A DNA stretch of 63,878 nucleotides from a virus (Duplodnaviria > Heunggongvirae > Uroviricota > Caudoviricetes): the IMG/VR virus record IMGVR_UViG_3300010429_001387, positions 64,001-127,878 of that record, one strand, 5' to 3'. Positions 49,664 to 59,751 of this stretch are shown here, one piece after another. Each line of letters begins with the position of its first letter. The first letter of the stretch is position 1. Made by a program: the position numbers and the translations under genes. The notes below the pieces were generated by a model. It was not told where the DNA came from. It saw only the letters and a list, made by a program, of their open reading frames with translations, and made no database searches.

Positions 49664-50896
49664 TTAAACACTAAGATCACTTTTGTAAACTTGAACGATC
49701 ACTCTTAATTCTTCTGTTGTGGTTTTATTTATCCTAGGGAATGAACTAACAATAATTAATTCATCACCAGCATTATATAATCCTAATTCAGTTATATCCG
49801 CTTGTTCAGTTGTCTTTGGAACAATAAATTCCCATTGATAATAATCTTCGGTTTCAATAATATCTTCAACATCGATTGTTCCGGTTAAAGCTGGGGTTTG
49901 AATATCAGGATTAGAACCATCAATATCTGGATCACCTGTTCCCAACACCCATTTTGTTATCGTTTGTATAAATGTTAATGCTGATGCATCAAATTGCATC
50001 GAACTATCATCAAAATTCCAAGCTTGACCACTACCTGTTGCATCAAAATACTTGACAGAATATTCCCAATTCGCAGTGATTTTGGTTTTGATCTCACCAT
50101 CAACTTCAATTACATTTCCAAATTCATCAGTCTTAGGATTAAGCAAAATTAGAAAATGTGGCACAGTATGCACCGGACGTGTCTCATTAACTAATTTTAT
50201 CATGTTATCAAAATAATTATCATACCACAGATATTCTAAAGAGCCTTCAGTATAGACTTTATTTAAAATTACTTCAACTCCAAAATGTGGACTTTTATAG
50301 TATGTGTTGTCCAATCCAGGAGGATTTTCATTCTCATCACCGACAAACCAATCGGTTAACAAGAATGTGGAATAATCCGCTGTATACATATCATATATAT
50401 TAACATTATACCCAGAAATCAAAGCAATGATATTTATGGACTTATAAGTACCTTTAAGCTTGTACCAATCAATTGCTTGTATTAATGTTTTACGAATTTC
50501 TTCAGGGGTTGATTCATCTTCTGGAGGAAAAACAACCCCAATTAATGCCCCCAAATTTCTCATGTTCTCAACAGATGCAACTGTATATGGACCTAACAAT
50601 TTGACTATGTCTTCCACAGAAGTGAGGAAAGTTCCAAATTGTAGTCCAGCTTCACGTAAATATGTATGGAGAATATCAAATGTGTCAGCATCTAAAAATT
50701 TTGCAGGCAACAGACGTGTCAAATCCAAGGGAATAGCATGAGTAACATCAATTTCCCAGGTATTTGAAATCACATCTTCAATATCGGTAAAAGGAGCATG
50801 GTTATAGGAAAGTTCTGAATCAAATGTATTTGAAGCAGAGATGAATTCCCTGTTTTCATAATCTAAATGGAAACCTTGATCAAGATACCAAGCCAT
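49664..50896 (-). CDS. baseplate wedge protein (P2 gpI / T4 gp7-like)
   Basis: IRKTLIQAIDWYKLKGTYKSI; RPVHT; ITELGLY. Confidence 0.6.
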   Translation of the reverse strand: MAWYLDQGFHLDYENREFISASNTFDSELSYNHAPFTDIEDVISNTWEIDVTHAIPLDLTRLLPAKFLDADTFDILHTYLREAGLQFGTFLTSVEDIVKLLGPYTVASVENMRNLGALIGVVFPPEDESTPEEIRKTLIQAIDWYKLKGTYKSINIIALISGYNVNIYDMYTADYSTFLLTDWFVGDENENPPGLDNTYYKSPHFGVEVILNKVYTEGSLEYLWYDNYFDNMIKLVNETRPVHTVPHFLILLNPKTDEFGNVIEVDGEIKTKITANWEYSVKYFDATGSGQAWNFDDSSMQFDASALTFIQTITKWVLGTGDPDIDGSNPDIQTPALTGTIDVEDIIETEDYYQWEFIVPKTTEQADITELGLYNAGDELIIVSSFPRINKTTTEELRVIVQVYKSDLSV

Positions 50897-50899
50897 GTA

Positions 50900-52450
50900 T
50901 TAGCTCCGGTCAATATCCAATTGCATATTAAAAAGATTGTAAGTAAAGGCTGCTTCAACAACAGTTATAATAATTGGATCTGTTGTATCTGACCCTTCAC
51001 TATTCGTAACAACGCACGTGTATGTATGCGATCCTAATGTTGTAGCATAAAACGAATAGGAACTTGATGTTGCTCCATCAATAATCGCACCATTCAATTT
51101 CCATTGATAGGTTGGTGCTGGTATGCCATTTGCTGTAACAGACAATGTGACATAACTATTTAATATCACACCATGGCTTGCCGATTGAGAAGTAATTTCT
51201 GGTGCCCAGTAAGGAGAGAAACTCCAAACATCTCCTGTTGTAGTTCCATAGACATTTGTTGCATCAACTCTCCAATACCAAGTATCAACTGTTCTATCAA
51301 GCCTGTAGGCTTCCGGAATTTCTAATGATGTTCCGGCCTGAGCAGATGAGGCAAGGACTAATGATCCTGGTGCTTCACCAACATAAATATCATAGGTGTC
51401 AGTCAGCCCACCAGTTTCCCAACTAACTGTGTAATCTGAGAAATCTACACCAACCTCTGTATCAGATGGATCTGGATTTATAGGCTTTCCAGGAAGTGGA
51501 AACATTCCATTATATAACCTGCCACCATAGATACCAACCAAGGCATTATTGGTGTTATCAACACACACACCACCATACTGACTATCTACATCTCCGGCAG
51601 GTTGCGCATCTACCCAGGAAGAACCTGAATTCTCCGAACTCCAAAGTCTACCTAAAGTCGCTGGTTCATTGGCTAGAAAAATCATAGATCCATCGTAATT
51701 CAGATCCCCGACCGCCCATTTCATGTCAACATCACCCTCTGGACGAGTCTCTGTCCAGTTGGACCCAAAGTTGGTGGATATAAACACCCTTTCGGCATTT
51801 CCCGCCATCAGGACATTTCCATCCCCACTGATTTTACTCAACCACCAATACTTGGTTACGGCACCCGCTGGTTGAGTTTCCGACCAGGACCCAAGTGCAC
51901 CGTAGTTACTGGATTTGTATACCCTACCGGAAGAGGATCCGGAACTAACTATACACTTACTACCATCGGAACTGATATCTCCGTCATAATAATACATGTT
52001 ACCACCCGGAGTAACATCCGTCCAGTTTGCACCATAATTGGTAGAAACCCAAACTTTTCCGGTTACAACTCCACTACGTGCCTGGGCCACCAACATATAC
52101 TGACCAGTACTGCTTATTGCAGTAGTTCTCCAATAACGGTTTACATTTCCATCCGGTTGAATTTCCGACCAATTAGCTCCATAGTTAATAGAAAGATAGA
52201 GTCTTCCATTATCAACCCCAGCAAGCATGTACTGACCGTTTCCACTAACAGCAGTCCGATACCAATTTAAGGAAACATCACCGGCAGGACGAGTCTCAGA
52301 CCAACTACTACCGGAGTTGGAAGATAAATACAATCTATTCCCGTTAATTGGAGCCAAACGGTACACACCATCACTACTACATGATGGGTAGTACCAATTC
52401 CAACTAAAATCACCAGCGGGACGAGTTTCTGTCCAGGCAAGAACACTCAT
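50900..52450 (-). CDS. virion beta-propeller (about 7 Asp-box-like repeats) plus Ig/FN3-like plus I-set Ig protein
   Basis: repeats W(S/T)ETRPAGD with SxNxGxxW; WYWRVDA; PAPTYQWKLNG...YTCVVTN. Confidence 0.75.
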   Translation of the reverse strand: MSVLAWTETRPAGDFSWNWYYPSCSSDGVYRLAPINGNRLYLSSNSGSSWSETRPAGDVSLNWYRTAVSGNGQYMLAGVDNGRLYLSINYGANWSEIQPDGNVNRYWRTTAISSTGQYMLVAQARSGVVTGKVWVSTNYGANWTDVTPGGNMYYYDGDISSDGSKCIVSSGSSSGRVYKSSNYGALGSWSETQPAGAVTKYWWLSKISGDGNVLMAGNAERVFISTNFGSNWTETRPEGDVDMKWAVGDLNYDGSMIFLANEPATLGRLWSSENSGSSWVDAQPAGDVDSQYGGVCVDNTNNALVGIYGGRLYNGMFPLPGKPINPDPSDTEVGVDFSDYTVSWETGGLTDTYDIYVGEAPGSLVLASSAQAGTSLEIPEAYRLDRTVDTWYWRVDATNVYGTTTGDVWSFSPYWAPEITSQSASHGVILNSYVTLSVTANGIPAPTYQWKLNGAIIDGATSSSYSFYATTLGSHTYTCVVTNSEGSDTTDPIIITVVEAAFTYNLFNMQLDIDRS

Positions 52451-52478
52451 TAGTTGTTAATCTCCAAAATCCGTTATT

Positions 52479-52976
52479 TTACGTCATTTTGTCTTTGATT
52501 TGCATAGTGATAGTGTCACCGGACAAAATAGTTCGTTCCACCCCAAAAGCAAGATAACTAATAAGTGTTCCGGTGTTGTCTTCAGATGTTCCCAGAAAGG
52601 CTCCTTGTACTGGACCAATATTGCCTCCCGATGCAGATAATGTGACTTCTTTAGAAACAATTCTCCAATTACCTTCATTGATTTCTAATGTAGGCCAACC
52701 GACAACAGAACGTTCAATTCGCTGTCGACTATATCCATTTCCTGAAGGTTCACCAGGAACAGTTGCTAACACTGTCGATGTGGAAACGGTTCCATTGTAC
52801 ATTCCAATGAAAAAGTCAGTGTCCCCAAAATAGTTCGAAGCTCGATCTCGGAATATTGTTTCCAAGAAACATTTAGCTCCTTCTAATACAAGACCGTTTT
52901 TCTTGTCAACAATTTCCCAAATCAAATTTCCTTGACGAAAATGTCGAACTGTCCAACGTGTGTCTAAATTAAACAT
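52479..52976 (-). CDS. small virion structural protein
   Basis: FIGMYNG...EPSGNGYSRQ pattern; lies in baseplate operon. Confidence 0.55.
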   Translation of the reverse strand: MFNLDTRWTVRHFRQGNLIWEIVDKKNGLVLEGAKCFLETIFRDRASNYFGDTDFFIGMYNGTVSTSTVLATVPGEPSGNGYSRQRIERSVVGWPTLEINEGNWRIVSKEVTLSASGGNIGPVQGAFLGTSEDNTGTLISYLAFGVERTILSGDTITMQIKDKMT

Positions 52977-52987
52977 TCTCTATTTCC

Positions 52988-54721
52988 TTAAGAGACAACT
53001 GTAATTGATTGAATATCTGTTGTGTACAATTTTCCAATTTGTCGTAAAGCGGGTTCAATATTCCGATTTTGTTCGTAATCATCTGAAGGTTGCTGTTGAT
53101 ATCGAACGTAAACTGTGCTAGCTGCTGGACTAATATCTAACAAGATTTCCCCAGTTTCATAATCAATTGTTCCTGAAATTGTGTAACTTCCGGCTGAAGA
53201 AAAAGTTCCCGTCCCATCTCCATTATCAACATCAGTAGTTACGTAGGTATCATCAATAAATAAACGTGTCGATTCTGGTCGTATTGGAAGAGCATCTAAT
53301 TCCTCACCCCAATCGTATGTCGAAGAATATGTTGAAGAAAGCTCATGATATATTTCTAAAATCATATTTACGTAGGCAACACTGTCTAAATCGTGCAATG
53401 CTGCTAAAATCGATGAATACTTAACAATTGTCCCTAATTTGGCTGTATCACCTAACAAGAATTGAGCAGCTAATTCTTCTTCAATATCCGCTTGTGTTTG
53501 AGAAAGTGAATATCCCTGATTAACTTTCACAATAAGTAGCGGAATGATGTTAAGAATGACAGGATCAACAAATTCATATTTTACAGTCAACATTGATTTG
53601 TCATACACATCCGCTGCTACTGTTGTTTTGAAATCATCGTCGGGAAGAATCCACTCTTGCAAAATTAAACAGATCTTAACCTTATTTAACATGCTTTGTA
53701 CAGCTGATGTACCAGCTAATTCAGCTTCTTCATTTTCACCCCAAACATTGACATCTGCAACACCTGAAAAATTACTTATTATTGCAACAAAATCTTCTTT
53801 GGTGACCGCTCGATCTCCAGTCTTAAAAACTAATGGAGCTTCTTTCCGAATTTCTTCAATAGATTCTTCATCATCCCCACCCAGGAATGTTCCAGAATTT
53901 GTAACGGAAACAGTTACAACACTTCCATCTTCATCATAAATGGAATCATTAATTGTGGTGATTCTGTCGGTTGAAGTTACATTCCCACTTAATCCTGCAG
54001 ATTCAACATATTGAATTACAAGGGTTGTTCCAGATTCAGGAGCCATTCCAGCCGAATCATCCCCAAACAATACCGAAACTGTTCCCTCCATATTATTTAA
54101 GATTCGATAAACTTTCGAAGATGAGTCATAGCCTAAAAATGAGGAAACTGGTGTCCACAATTCACCATCAATCAATACCCGTAATGTTGGGTTGGTGGTA
54201 TCAATCGAATTTTCCACATTTTGACTATTAATAGTATATTTTTGATCAGGTGATCCATCAGGGGAAATTTCAGTCTGTATAATTTCACCTTGAATGGCAG
54301 CAACTGACACAGAGGTTTGCCCTTTTTGAATCGCTGCAGGAGCATTCGTTATAAATTTAATTCCATCTACAGATTGACATTCTGTATATTTTGGGATATA
54401 GACGATTTTAGTTAACGCTTCATCAATAGAAAATGTCAAGCTACCTGAGGATGATGTCTTTCGTTTTGGTTGGTAATTTAACAACGATACTAAATTCACG
54501 ATACTAGATCTTAATTGTGCTGTAGACAGATATGACTCTTCTGCACGACGTTCTGCATAGAACATTGCTAGGTTCAAAACGTAGCCCAGCAATTCAATCA
54601 ATGTTTGTCCCGTGGAAGAACGATAAACATCTTTCCAAGCAGCAGTGTTTCGAAGATGATCTTGAAGCTGTGTTACTATAGAATCAAAGTCGAAATCAAC
54701 ATAATTCAATTCGTTTGCCAT
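52988..54721 (-). CDS. baseplate wedge protein (T4 gp6 / baseplate J-like)
   Basis: DFDFDSI..QL, ESYLSTAQLRSS, FGDD..G..P, GGDDEESIEEIR, RAVTKED. Confidence 0.9.
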   Translation of the reverse strand: MANELNYVDFDFDSIVTQLQDHLRNTAAWKDVYRSSTGQTLIELLGYVLNLAMFYAERRAEESYLSTAQLRSSIVNLVSLLNYQPKRKTSSSGSLTFSIDEALTKIVYIPKYTECQSVDGIKFITNAPAAIQKGQTSVSVAAIQGEIIQTEISPDGSPDQKYTINSQNVENSIDTTNPTLRVLIDGELWTPVSSFLGYDSSSKVYRILNNMEGTVSVLFGDDSAGMAPESGTTLVIQYVESAGLSGNVTSTDRITTINDSIYDEDGSVVTVSVTNSGTFLGGDDEESIEEIRKEAPLVFKTGDRAVTKEDFVAIISNFSGVADVNVWGENEEAELAGTSAVQSMLNKVKICLILQEWILPDDDFKTTVAADVYDKSMLTVKYEFVDPVILNIIPLLIVKVNQGYSLSQTQADIEEELAAQFLLGDTAKLGTIVKYSSILAALHDLDSVAYVNMILEIYHELSSTYSSTYDWGEELDALPIRPESTRLFIDDTYVTTDVDNGDGTGTFSSAGSYTISGTIDYETGEILLDISPAASTVYVRYQQQPSDDYEQNRNIEPALRQIGKLYTTDIQSITVVS

Positions 54722-54724
54722 TGA

Positions 54725-55111
54725 TTATCCTTTTAAGCTAGTTTGATATCGGAAGACATCTCCAAATCCACGAATAACAAAAAGTACTGTAAGAGATATT
54801 TCTCCTTTATCCGGGTCAGGAATCATCTCCACATCGGACACTGTTACTCTTGGTTCCCAAACCTCGATCATTTGTTTAACTTCTCGAGAAAGAAATTTAA
54901 TCAATGTGGAATTCATTGATTCAAATACAAAACCATGGAGATTAGCCCCGAAGGATGGCAGCATGCATCTTTCACCCCGATTAGTTCTAAGTATGTTATC
55001 TATAGAACTATATACAGCAGCAAGATTCTCGACCAATTTCAATCGGCCTTGTGAATCCTCAACAAATCCCGGATCAATATCACTCCAAATTGTTTCAATT
55101 GTTACAGCCAT
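54725..55111 (-). CDS. baseplate wedge / sheath initiator (gp25-like)
   Basis: SIDNILRT.RGER.M.P.FG...WEPRV. Confidence 0.9.
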   Translation of the reverse strand: MAVTIETIWSDIDPGFVEDSQGRLKLVENLAAVYSSIDNILRTNRGERCMLPSFGANLHGFVFESMNSTLIKFLSREVKQMIEVWEPRVTVSDVEMIPDPDKGEISLTVLFVIRGFGDVFRYQTSLKG

Positions 55112-55121
55112 TTAAAATCCA

Positions 55122-55742
55122 TTACATAATCTGTGTTATAATTCCTTTTTCAACGGTTATACTTTTGTCATCTTTCGATGTAAAAGTGCCATCCACTCCT
55201 GGTGTTCCATTAATAATGTAACCGTCTCCGGATTCAATTGTACCATCAGCTTCTACATTTCCACCAACATTAGCATTCGCAGAAATTGTCACATCCCCAG
55301 AAGATCCAACAGTTATTGTTCCACCAGAAGGAAGAGTCAATTTTAATGTTTTTGCCGAATCATCAATATAAATTACGATCCCATTTGCAGTCTTGAATAC
55401 TTTTCTATCAGGATAATTTGCGGTTCGTTCAGTTGGAAGGCCGTGCACACCATCAGGAGCTTCCGCAAAATAAACAGGCTGATAAATATCTCCAGCTTCG
55501 AAAAAGACGAACACATGTGATCCAACCTCTGGAACTGCAAAACAACCATATCCTGCACCAGCACCAGCAAACAAAGGCATTGCCGGAACAGCCCAAGGAA
55601 TTGCGGCTGTCGGAATATCTTCAGTAAAAACTCCAAAAACTCGAACTTTAACACGCCCTAACTTGTCGGGATCTGCATTGTCCAGAACTGCACCCCTATA
55701 CATGCCTCGATGATATAGTGATTCTCTATCTAAATCAGTCAC
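55122..55742 (-). CDS. baseplate central spike (gp5-N OB fold / gpV-like), no lysozyme domain
   Basis: YRGAVLDNADPDKLGRVKVRV; VPEVGSHVFVFFEAGD..QPVY. Confidence 0.85.
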   Translation of the reverse strand: MTDLDRESLYHRGMYRGAVLDNADPDKLGRVKVRVFGVFTEDIPTAAIPWAVPAMPLFAGAGAGYGCFAVPEVGSHVFVFFEAGDIYQPVYFAEAPDGVHGLPTERTANYPDRKVFKTANGIVIYIDDSAKTLKLTLPSGGTITVGSSGDVTISANANVGGNVEADGTIESGDGYIINGTPGVDGTFTSKDDKSITVEKGIITQIM

Positions 55743-56920
55743 TTTACAATCCTATTTTCGGCTTCAATTAAGGAAGTTGAAATATCCGTATCAATACCAC
55801 ATCTGGTTAATAATAAACGTGTCTGGAAGCTATCCCCAATTAAATGCACAACACGCTTAACCAGCCATAATCCTGAATGTTGGTACAAAAATAACTGTCC
55901 TCGGACCAGACCTTCACTAAATACAACACGTACAATATCACCCGGTGATATATTCTCCAATCCCCAAGTGGATGCCCACATATGTACAAAGTTGTTAACA
56001 CGTTGGAAATAATTGTTTTTTACTCGACCTTCAAAATCAGATGTAAATTGATTGCTTCTTCCTGTTTGATCAAATAATACTCCTGTTGTTCCACCACTTG
56101 ACTCTAGCAATACAAATTCTGAAAGTGAAGGACAATCATCTACAGATACTTCGGAATATACAGGTGTGCCTGTTTCGTAGTCAAAATAGTAAAATTGTTG
56201 TGTTTCGGCTCCCATATCAGCTAACAATTTTGAATCATCAAAAATCTCATATTGACTGATTGGGAGATAATCCAAATATGGTTTATATCCGACAATAAAG
56301 TTATACGAAATAGGATTCTGCATTAACTCATGATAACTTTTGAACACAAATACTGGGATTCCACGAACAACTTTTACAAAACAGAAATACCCTGTTTCAG
56401 ATCCCTTGCCAATTAAATTGGATCTTAAATATTGAAAAAACTTAGCATCTGTCCAATTTGGTTGTAGAAGGTTCTTTGCATAATCAACCGATGCACCAAT
56501 CTCCGTATCTTTTATTGTCAAATCTTGATCTGCAATATCAATCAATGTATTCTTAATACTGCCGGAAAATGCTCGAGTTTTTCGATTCGTCAAAAGTTGT
56601 GGAATATTTAAAGTACCCTGTATTCGATATTTGTCATCTGGCGAAACAGCTGATCGACGCTTAACGGAAAATTGAAATAAATTTAAGTTAGTGGAATCTA
56701 TTGTTTGTCGAGCAATTTCAATTTTTACGTTATTAGAAGTACTATCATACGGAACAATATCAGATAATGTTTTGGTGGCATCCAACAAGGTCATTGAAAA
56801 TGTTGGTAAGAATCTATCAATATCCTGAGAAATCGTCAATTCCTCAATCATCTGAGGATTAATTGGAACTGGATTATCTCCAATTTCCACATTTAATGTA
56901 TAGTTGCCAACTACTTGCAT
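55739..56920 (-). CDS. baseplate hub protein (gp27-like)
   Basis: size and position; QPNWTD; ISPGDIV; GLWLVKRVVH. Confidence 0.65.
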   Translation of the reverse strand: MQVVGNYTLNVEIGDNPVPINPQMIEELTISQDIDRFLPTFSMTLLDATKTLSDIVPYDSTSNNVKIEIARQTIDSTNLNLFQFSVKRRSAVSPDDKYRIQGTLNIPQLLTNRKTRAFSGSIKNTLIDIADQDLTIKDTEIGASVDYAKNLLQPNWTDAKFFQYLRSNLIGKGSETGYFCFVKVVRGIPVFVFKSYHELMQNPISYNFIVGYKPYLDYLPISQYEIFDDSKLLADMGAETQQFYYFDYETGTPVYSEVSVDDCPSLSEFVLLESSGGTTGVLFDQTGRSNQFTSDFEGRVKNNYFQRVNNFVHMWASTWGLENISPGDIVRVVFSEGLVRGQLFLYQHSGLWLVKRVVHLIGDSFQTRLLLTRCGIDTDISTSLIEAENRIVK

Positions 56921-57234
56921 TATCGACTTCTTCTTACTCTCCGTGATCTCTGGAAATTATAAATATCAATTTTGTTTGGGATTTTTAATACTTGCCCCAA
57001 TTCAATATCCACCAACGGATTACTAATATTATTTACAAGGCAAATAACCCACCAAAAATCCACAACACCATACACCTTAAAACTAATAAGATCAGGCCTC
57101 ATAACATCGGTTGCTGAAACCCTGTAGTATGTAGGCTCATAGTCCATCTTAAAATCCGACAATGAATTCCAAAGGAAATCCAATTCCTTTGTACCATTAA
57201 CAGTGACTTCATGGTAAAAATTCGTTCGGTTCAT
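56920..57234 (-). CDS. gp53-like LysM baseplate protein
   Basis: RPDLISFKVYG..FWWVICLVNNI..P. Confidence 0.8.
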   Translation of the reverse strand: MNRTNFYHEVTVNGTKELDFLWNSLSDFKMDYEPTYYRVSATDVMRPDLISFKVYGVVDFWWVICLVNNISNPLVDIELGQVLKIPNKIDIYNFQRSRRVRRSR

Positions 57235-58045
57235 TGTTTAAACCTGTCTCATATTGGGATAATGTTGTTTTATTAAACACTTCGGCTAATGCTTCAACCG
57301 TCATCATTTCGTAGGTTTCAAACACCATATTCAAAGAGGCACTAATTGGATTCCCAAGATTATCAAACTTAACTGGTGTTATACACGAAACACTTCGAAT
57401 AATCACATTGAAGAAGGAAACATACCTCCCCACTTCAATCATTATTAGATCTCCACCTTTAGCTTCCTCTAGATAACTCCCTATCTTTTCTAAACGACTT
57501 CCTTTAAGATTTAAAATTCCCTCTAATGAGAATGGAGTTGGACCAGGAGGAGATAAGAATGGGACAATATCTAATGCTCCTGCAAGATCTTGAACACTAT
57601 CAAATTTTGATGATGAAGTACCTTGTGTTTCTTTTGGGCCAGAAGGTAAAGCCATTGACATCAATATTCTGCAAGGCTCTAAAACCTCTTTAAATGTATC
57701 TTGTACAGCTTCAAACCGCATTCTAAGTGAAATGGACATCGGAGATGTCCCAGTCCAAATGCGACGGCTTGTCGCTCGAGTAACAACCGATTTTCGTCCG
57801 AATGTTCCAGCTTGCACTAAGGTGTTAACATTGGATAAAAGCGAAACAGGAACAAGTGGTACCCAACTAGAATCTACACTTAACATTAAATCTTCTTGTA
57901 GGGGACAAACAACGGTTGCCTGATTTCGAATTGAAGTAACACGAACAAGATATTCTAAAGGCAGAGCATTTCCATCAGGAACATATCCATATTCCTGTAG
58001 AGCAAATTTCTTTTGATTAGTTCGTTCTGCTGTAAAATCTGGCAT
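57209..58045 (-). CDS. tail tube initiator / baseplate-tube junction (gp48-like)
   Basis: position between tape measure and gp53; tube-like beta pattern. Confidence 0.5.
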   Translation of the reverse strand: MPDFTAERTNQKKFALQEYGYVPDGNALPLEYLVRVTSIRNQATVVCPLQEDLMLSVDSSWVPLVPVSLLSNVNTLVQAGTFGRKSVVTRATSRRIWTGTSPMSISLRMRFEAVQDTFKEVLEPCRILMSMALPSGPKETQGTSSSKFDSVQDLAGALDIVPFLSPPGPTPFSLEGILNLKGSRLEKIGSYLEEAKGGDLIMIEVGRYVSFFNVIIRSVSCITPVKFDNLGNPISASLNMVFETYEMMTVEALAEVFNKTTLSQYETGLNNEPNEFLP

Positions 58046-58047
58046 TG

Positions 58048-59589
58048 TTATTCACCTAATGTTAAATTACCTTCAGCATATCGTTGCAATAACACATCCC
58101 CAGCATCATGCACATTTCTTGGAACTTTTGGAGAAGGTGTATTCGTTGATTGTGTTTGCATATTTTGAACAAAATTTCGTAATTCTGTGGTCATTTCTTT
58201 CAAGGAAATTTCTAATCCAGGAATTGTTGGAGGACCAAAAGGTAATGGAGCAGGAGCAGCCATTTTCTCCATTTCTTTTTTCGCACCAGAAACAATCTCA
58301 TCCAGTTTGTCTGGTGTTATTACAGGAGAAGTAGGAGCTTCCATTTTTGCACTTGCGGCACCAATTACTTTATTTTCGTCTTTATACGGAGAATAAATAT
58401 CTCTTATTGCCTGACTCCATAATCCCGCTTCTCTTAAGATTTTTCCAAAAAATCCAGGCTCTTTAGTTCCCTGCACACCGTGCTTTTTCAACACTGCTTG
58501 TTGCTGTGCTGTTCTAGAAGCTTCCCAATCTTTCCAAGTCTTTTCTGCCTTACCAATATCTGAAACAGCTTCATGTGTTTTAACAGCTTCCGGAATAAAT
58601 TTTCGAGCTACTAAAGATGCCACAGTAACAGTTCCAATTGTTAATGCTGCCATACCTAAACCAGAGGCTCCGGCAACAGTTAATCCCATTGCTCCAAACA
58701 AAGCATCTTTAATTCCAGAAGCTATGCCTCCAAGATACTTTTCACCGCCATCTGGACGATTCTTAGCAATCTGTTTAGTGTAATCTAAAAGTTCCTTAGT
58801 CCATTTTGCTCGAAAAGCATCTTTATCATAGAATGCTTTTAATGGGGCAACTTGATGTTCTAATGATCGAACCCCATAGAAATCTCGAACATTTGGTCCT
58901 TCTTGTCGAGCTTGCGTTAAATTCTGAAATGCTCTATATGGTAATCCTGCTGATACTGGGGAAAGTTTTTCAGCAAAAGATTGTTCCTTAGCCGCACGCT
59001 TGGATGAGGCTCCAGGACCAAACAATTTTGTAACATCCGAAAATACATCAAAAGCTTGTTTTGCTACTGGATACAGTGGACCTAATCCAGCTGCTGCTGC
59101 ACCCTGAAATAACTCTTTACCTAATCCGAATGCTTTTGATTTGGTAAAATCACCCCAGTGCCCAGATTTTGGAGTAGTGGCTTGTTTTACACCTGCTCTA
59201 GCAATCTTCAATGTTGCATTAAGATCAAATGGAGAAATTCCGGTTTTTTCAGTGACTTTATCTAATCGATCATGTAAAGCTTGATTCTTGTAAGATTGCC
59301 GAATCCAATAATCTTTTTGCTCTTCTATTTCCTGAATATTTGCAAGAAGTTTGTCGGCTTGTTCCTTAGAGAGTGAATATCCACCTAAAACATCCTGGAT
59401 TTTCGCAATCGTATTTTCAATTAAGACAACAAGCTTATCTAGATCTTTCTTTGGACCTTTGATATACATATCAGCAAGTGTCTCAAAGAAATTCAGATAG
59501 TCTCGAGAGTATTTCCGTTCTAATGCTTCTAAGATTTGAGCATTACGTTTATCAAAATAGAATTGATTAATAGAAAGATCCTTCTTCAA
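58048..59589 (-). CDS. probable tape measure protein
   Basis: Ala/Gly/Lys-rich and helical; follows the chaperone gene. Confidence 0.6.
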   Translation of the reverse strand: MKKDLSINQFYFDKRNAQILEALERKYSRDYLNFFETLADMYIKGPKKDLDKLVVLIENTIAKIQDVLGGYSLSKEQADKLLANIQEIEEQKDYWIRQSYKNQALHDRLDKVTEKTGISPFDLNATLKIARAGVKQATTPKSGHWGDFTKSKAFGLGKELFQGAAAAGLGPLYPVAKQAFDVFSDVTKLFGPGASSKRAAKEQSFAEKLSPVSAGLPYRAFQNLTQARQEGPNVRDFYGVRSLEHQVAPLKAFYDKDAFRAKWTKELLDYTKQIAKNRPDGGEKYLGGIASGIKDALFGAMGLTVAGASGLGMAALTIGTVTVASLVARKFIPEAVKTHEAVSDIGKAEKTWKDWEASRTAQQQAVLKKHGVQGTKEPGFFGKILREAGLWSQAIRDIYSPYKDENKVIGAASAKMEAPTSPVITPDKLDEIVSGAKKEMEKMAAPAPLPFGPPTIPGLEISLKEMTTELRNFVQNMQTQSTNTPSPKVPRNVHDAGDVLLQRYAEGNLTLGE

Positions 59590-59592
59590 CTG

Positions 59593-59751
59593 TTATTCCT
59601 TTTGAGTATCTTGCAGGTCTTTGATAACTCTTAAATAATACCAATCTAATATTCTTGCGGAGGTCTTACGTATTGTTCCAACATCAAAACCCGGAACAAA
59701 TTTACAGATAGTATATTCACGATTTAAAACAGTTTCTAAGGTCCTCACCAT
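59593..59751 (-). CDS. small second tail-assembly-chaperone-like ORF
   Basis: overlaps the 3' end of the upstream chaperone; ..ARILDWYYLRVIKDLQ. Confidence 0.5.
   Translation of the reverse strand: MVRTLETVLNREYTICKFVPGFDVGTIRKTSARILDWYYLRVIKDLQDTQKE

Noticed and set aside
50900-52450. Propeller repeats as DGR template/variable regions
   Set aside because: Repeats are in-frame protein repeats; no reverse transcriptase and no adenine-specific mismatch pair noticed
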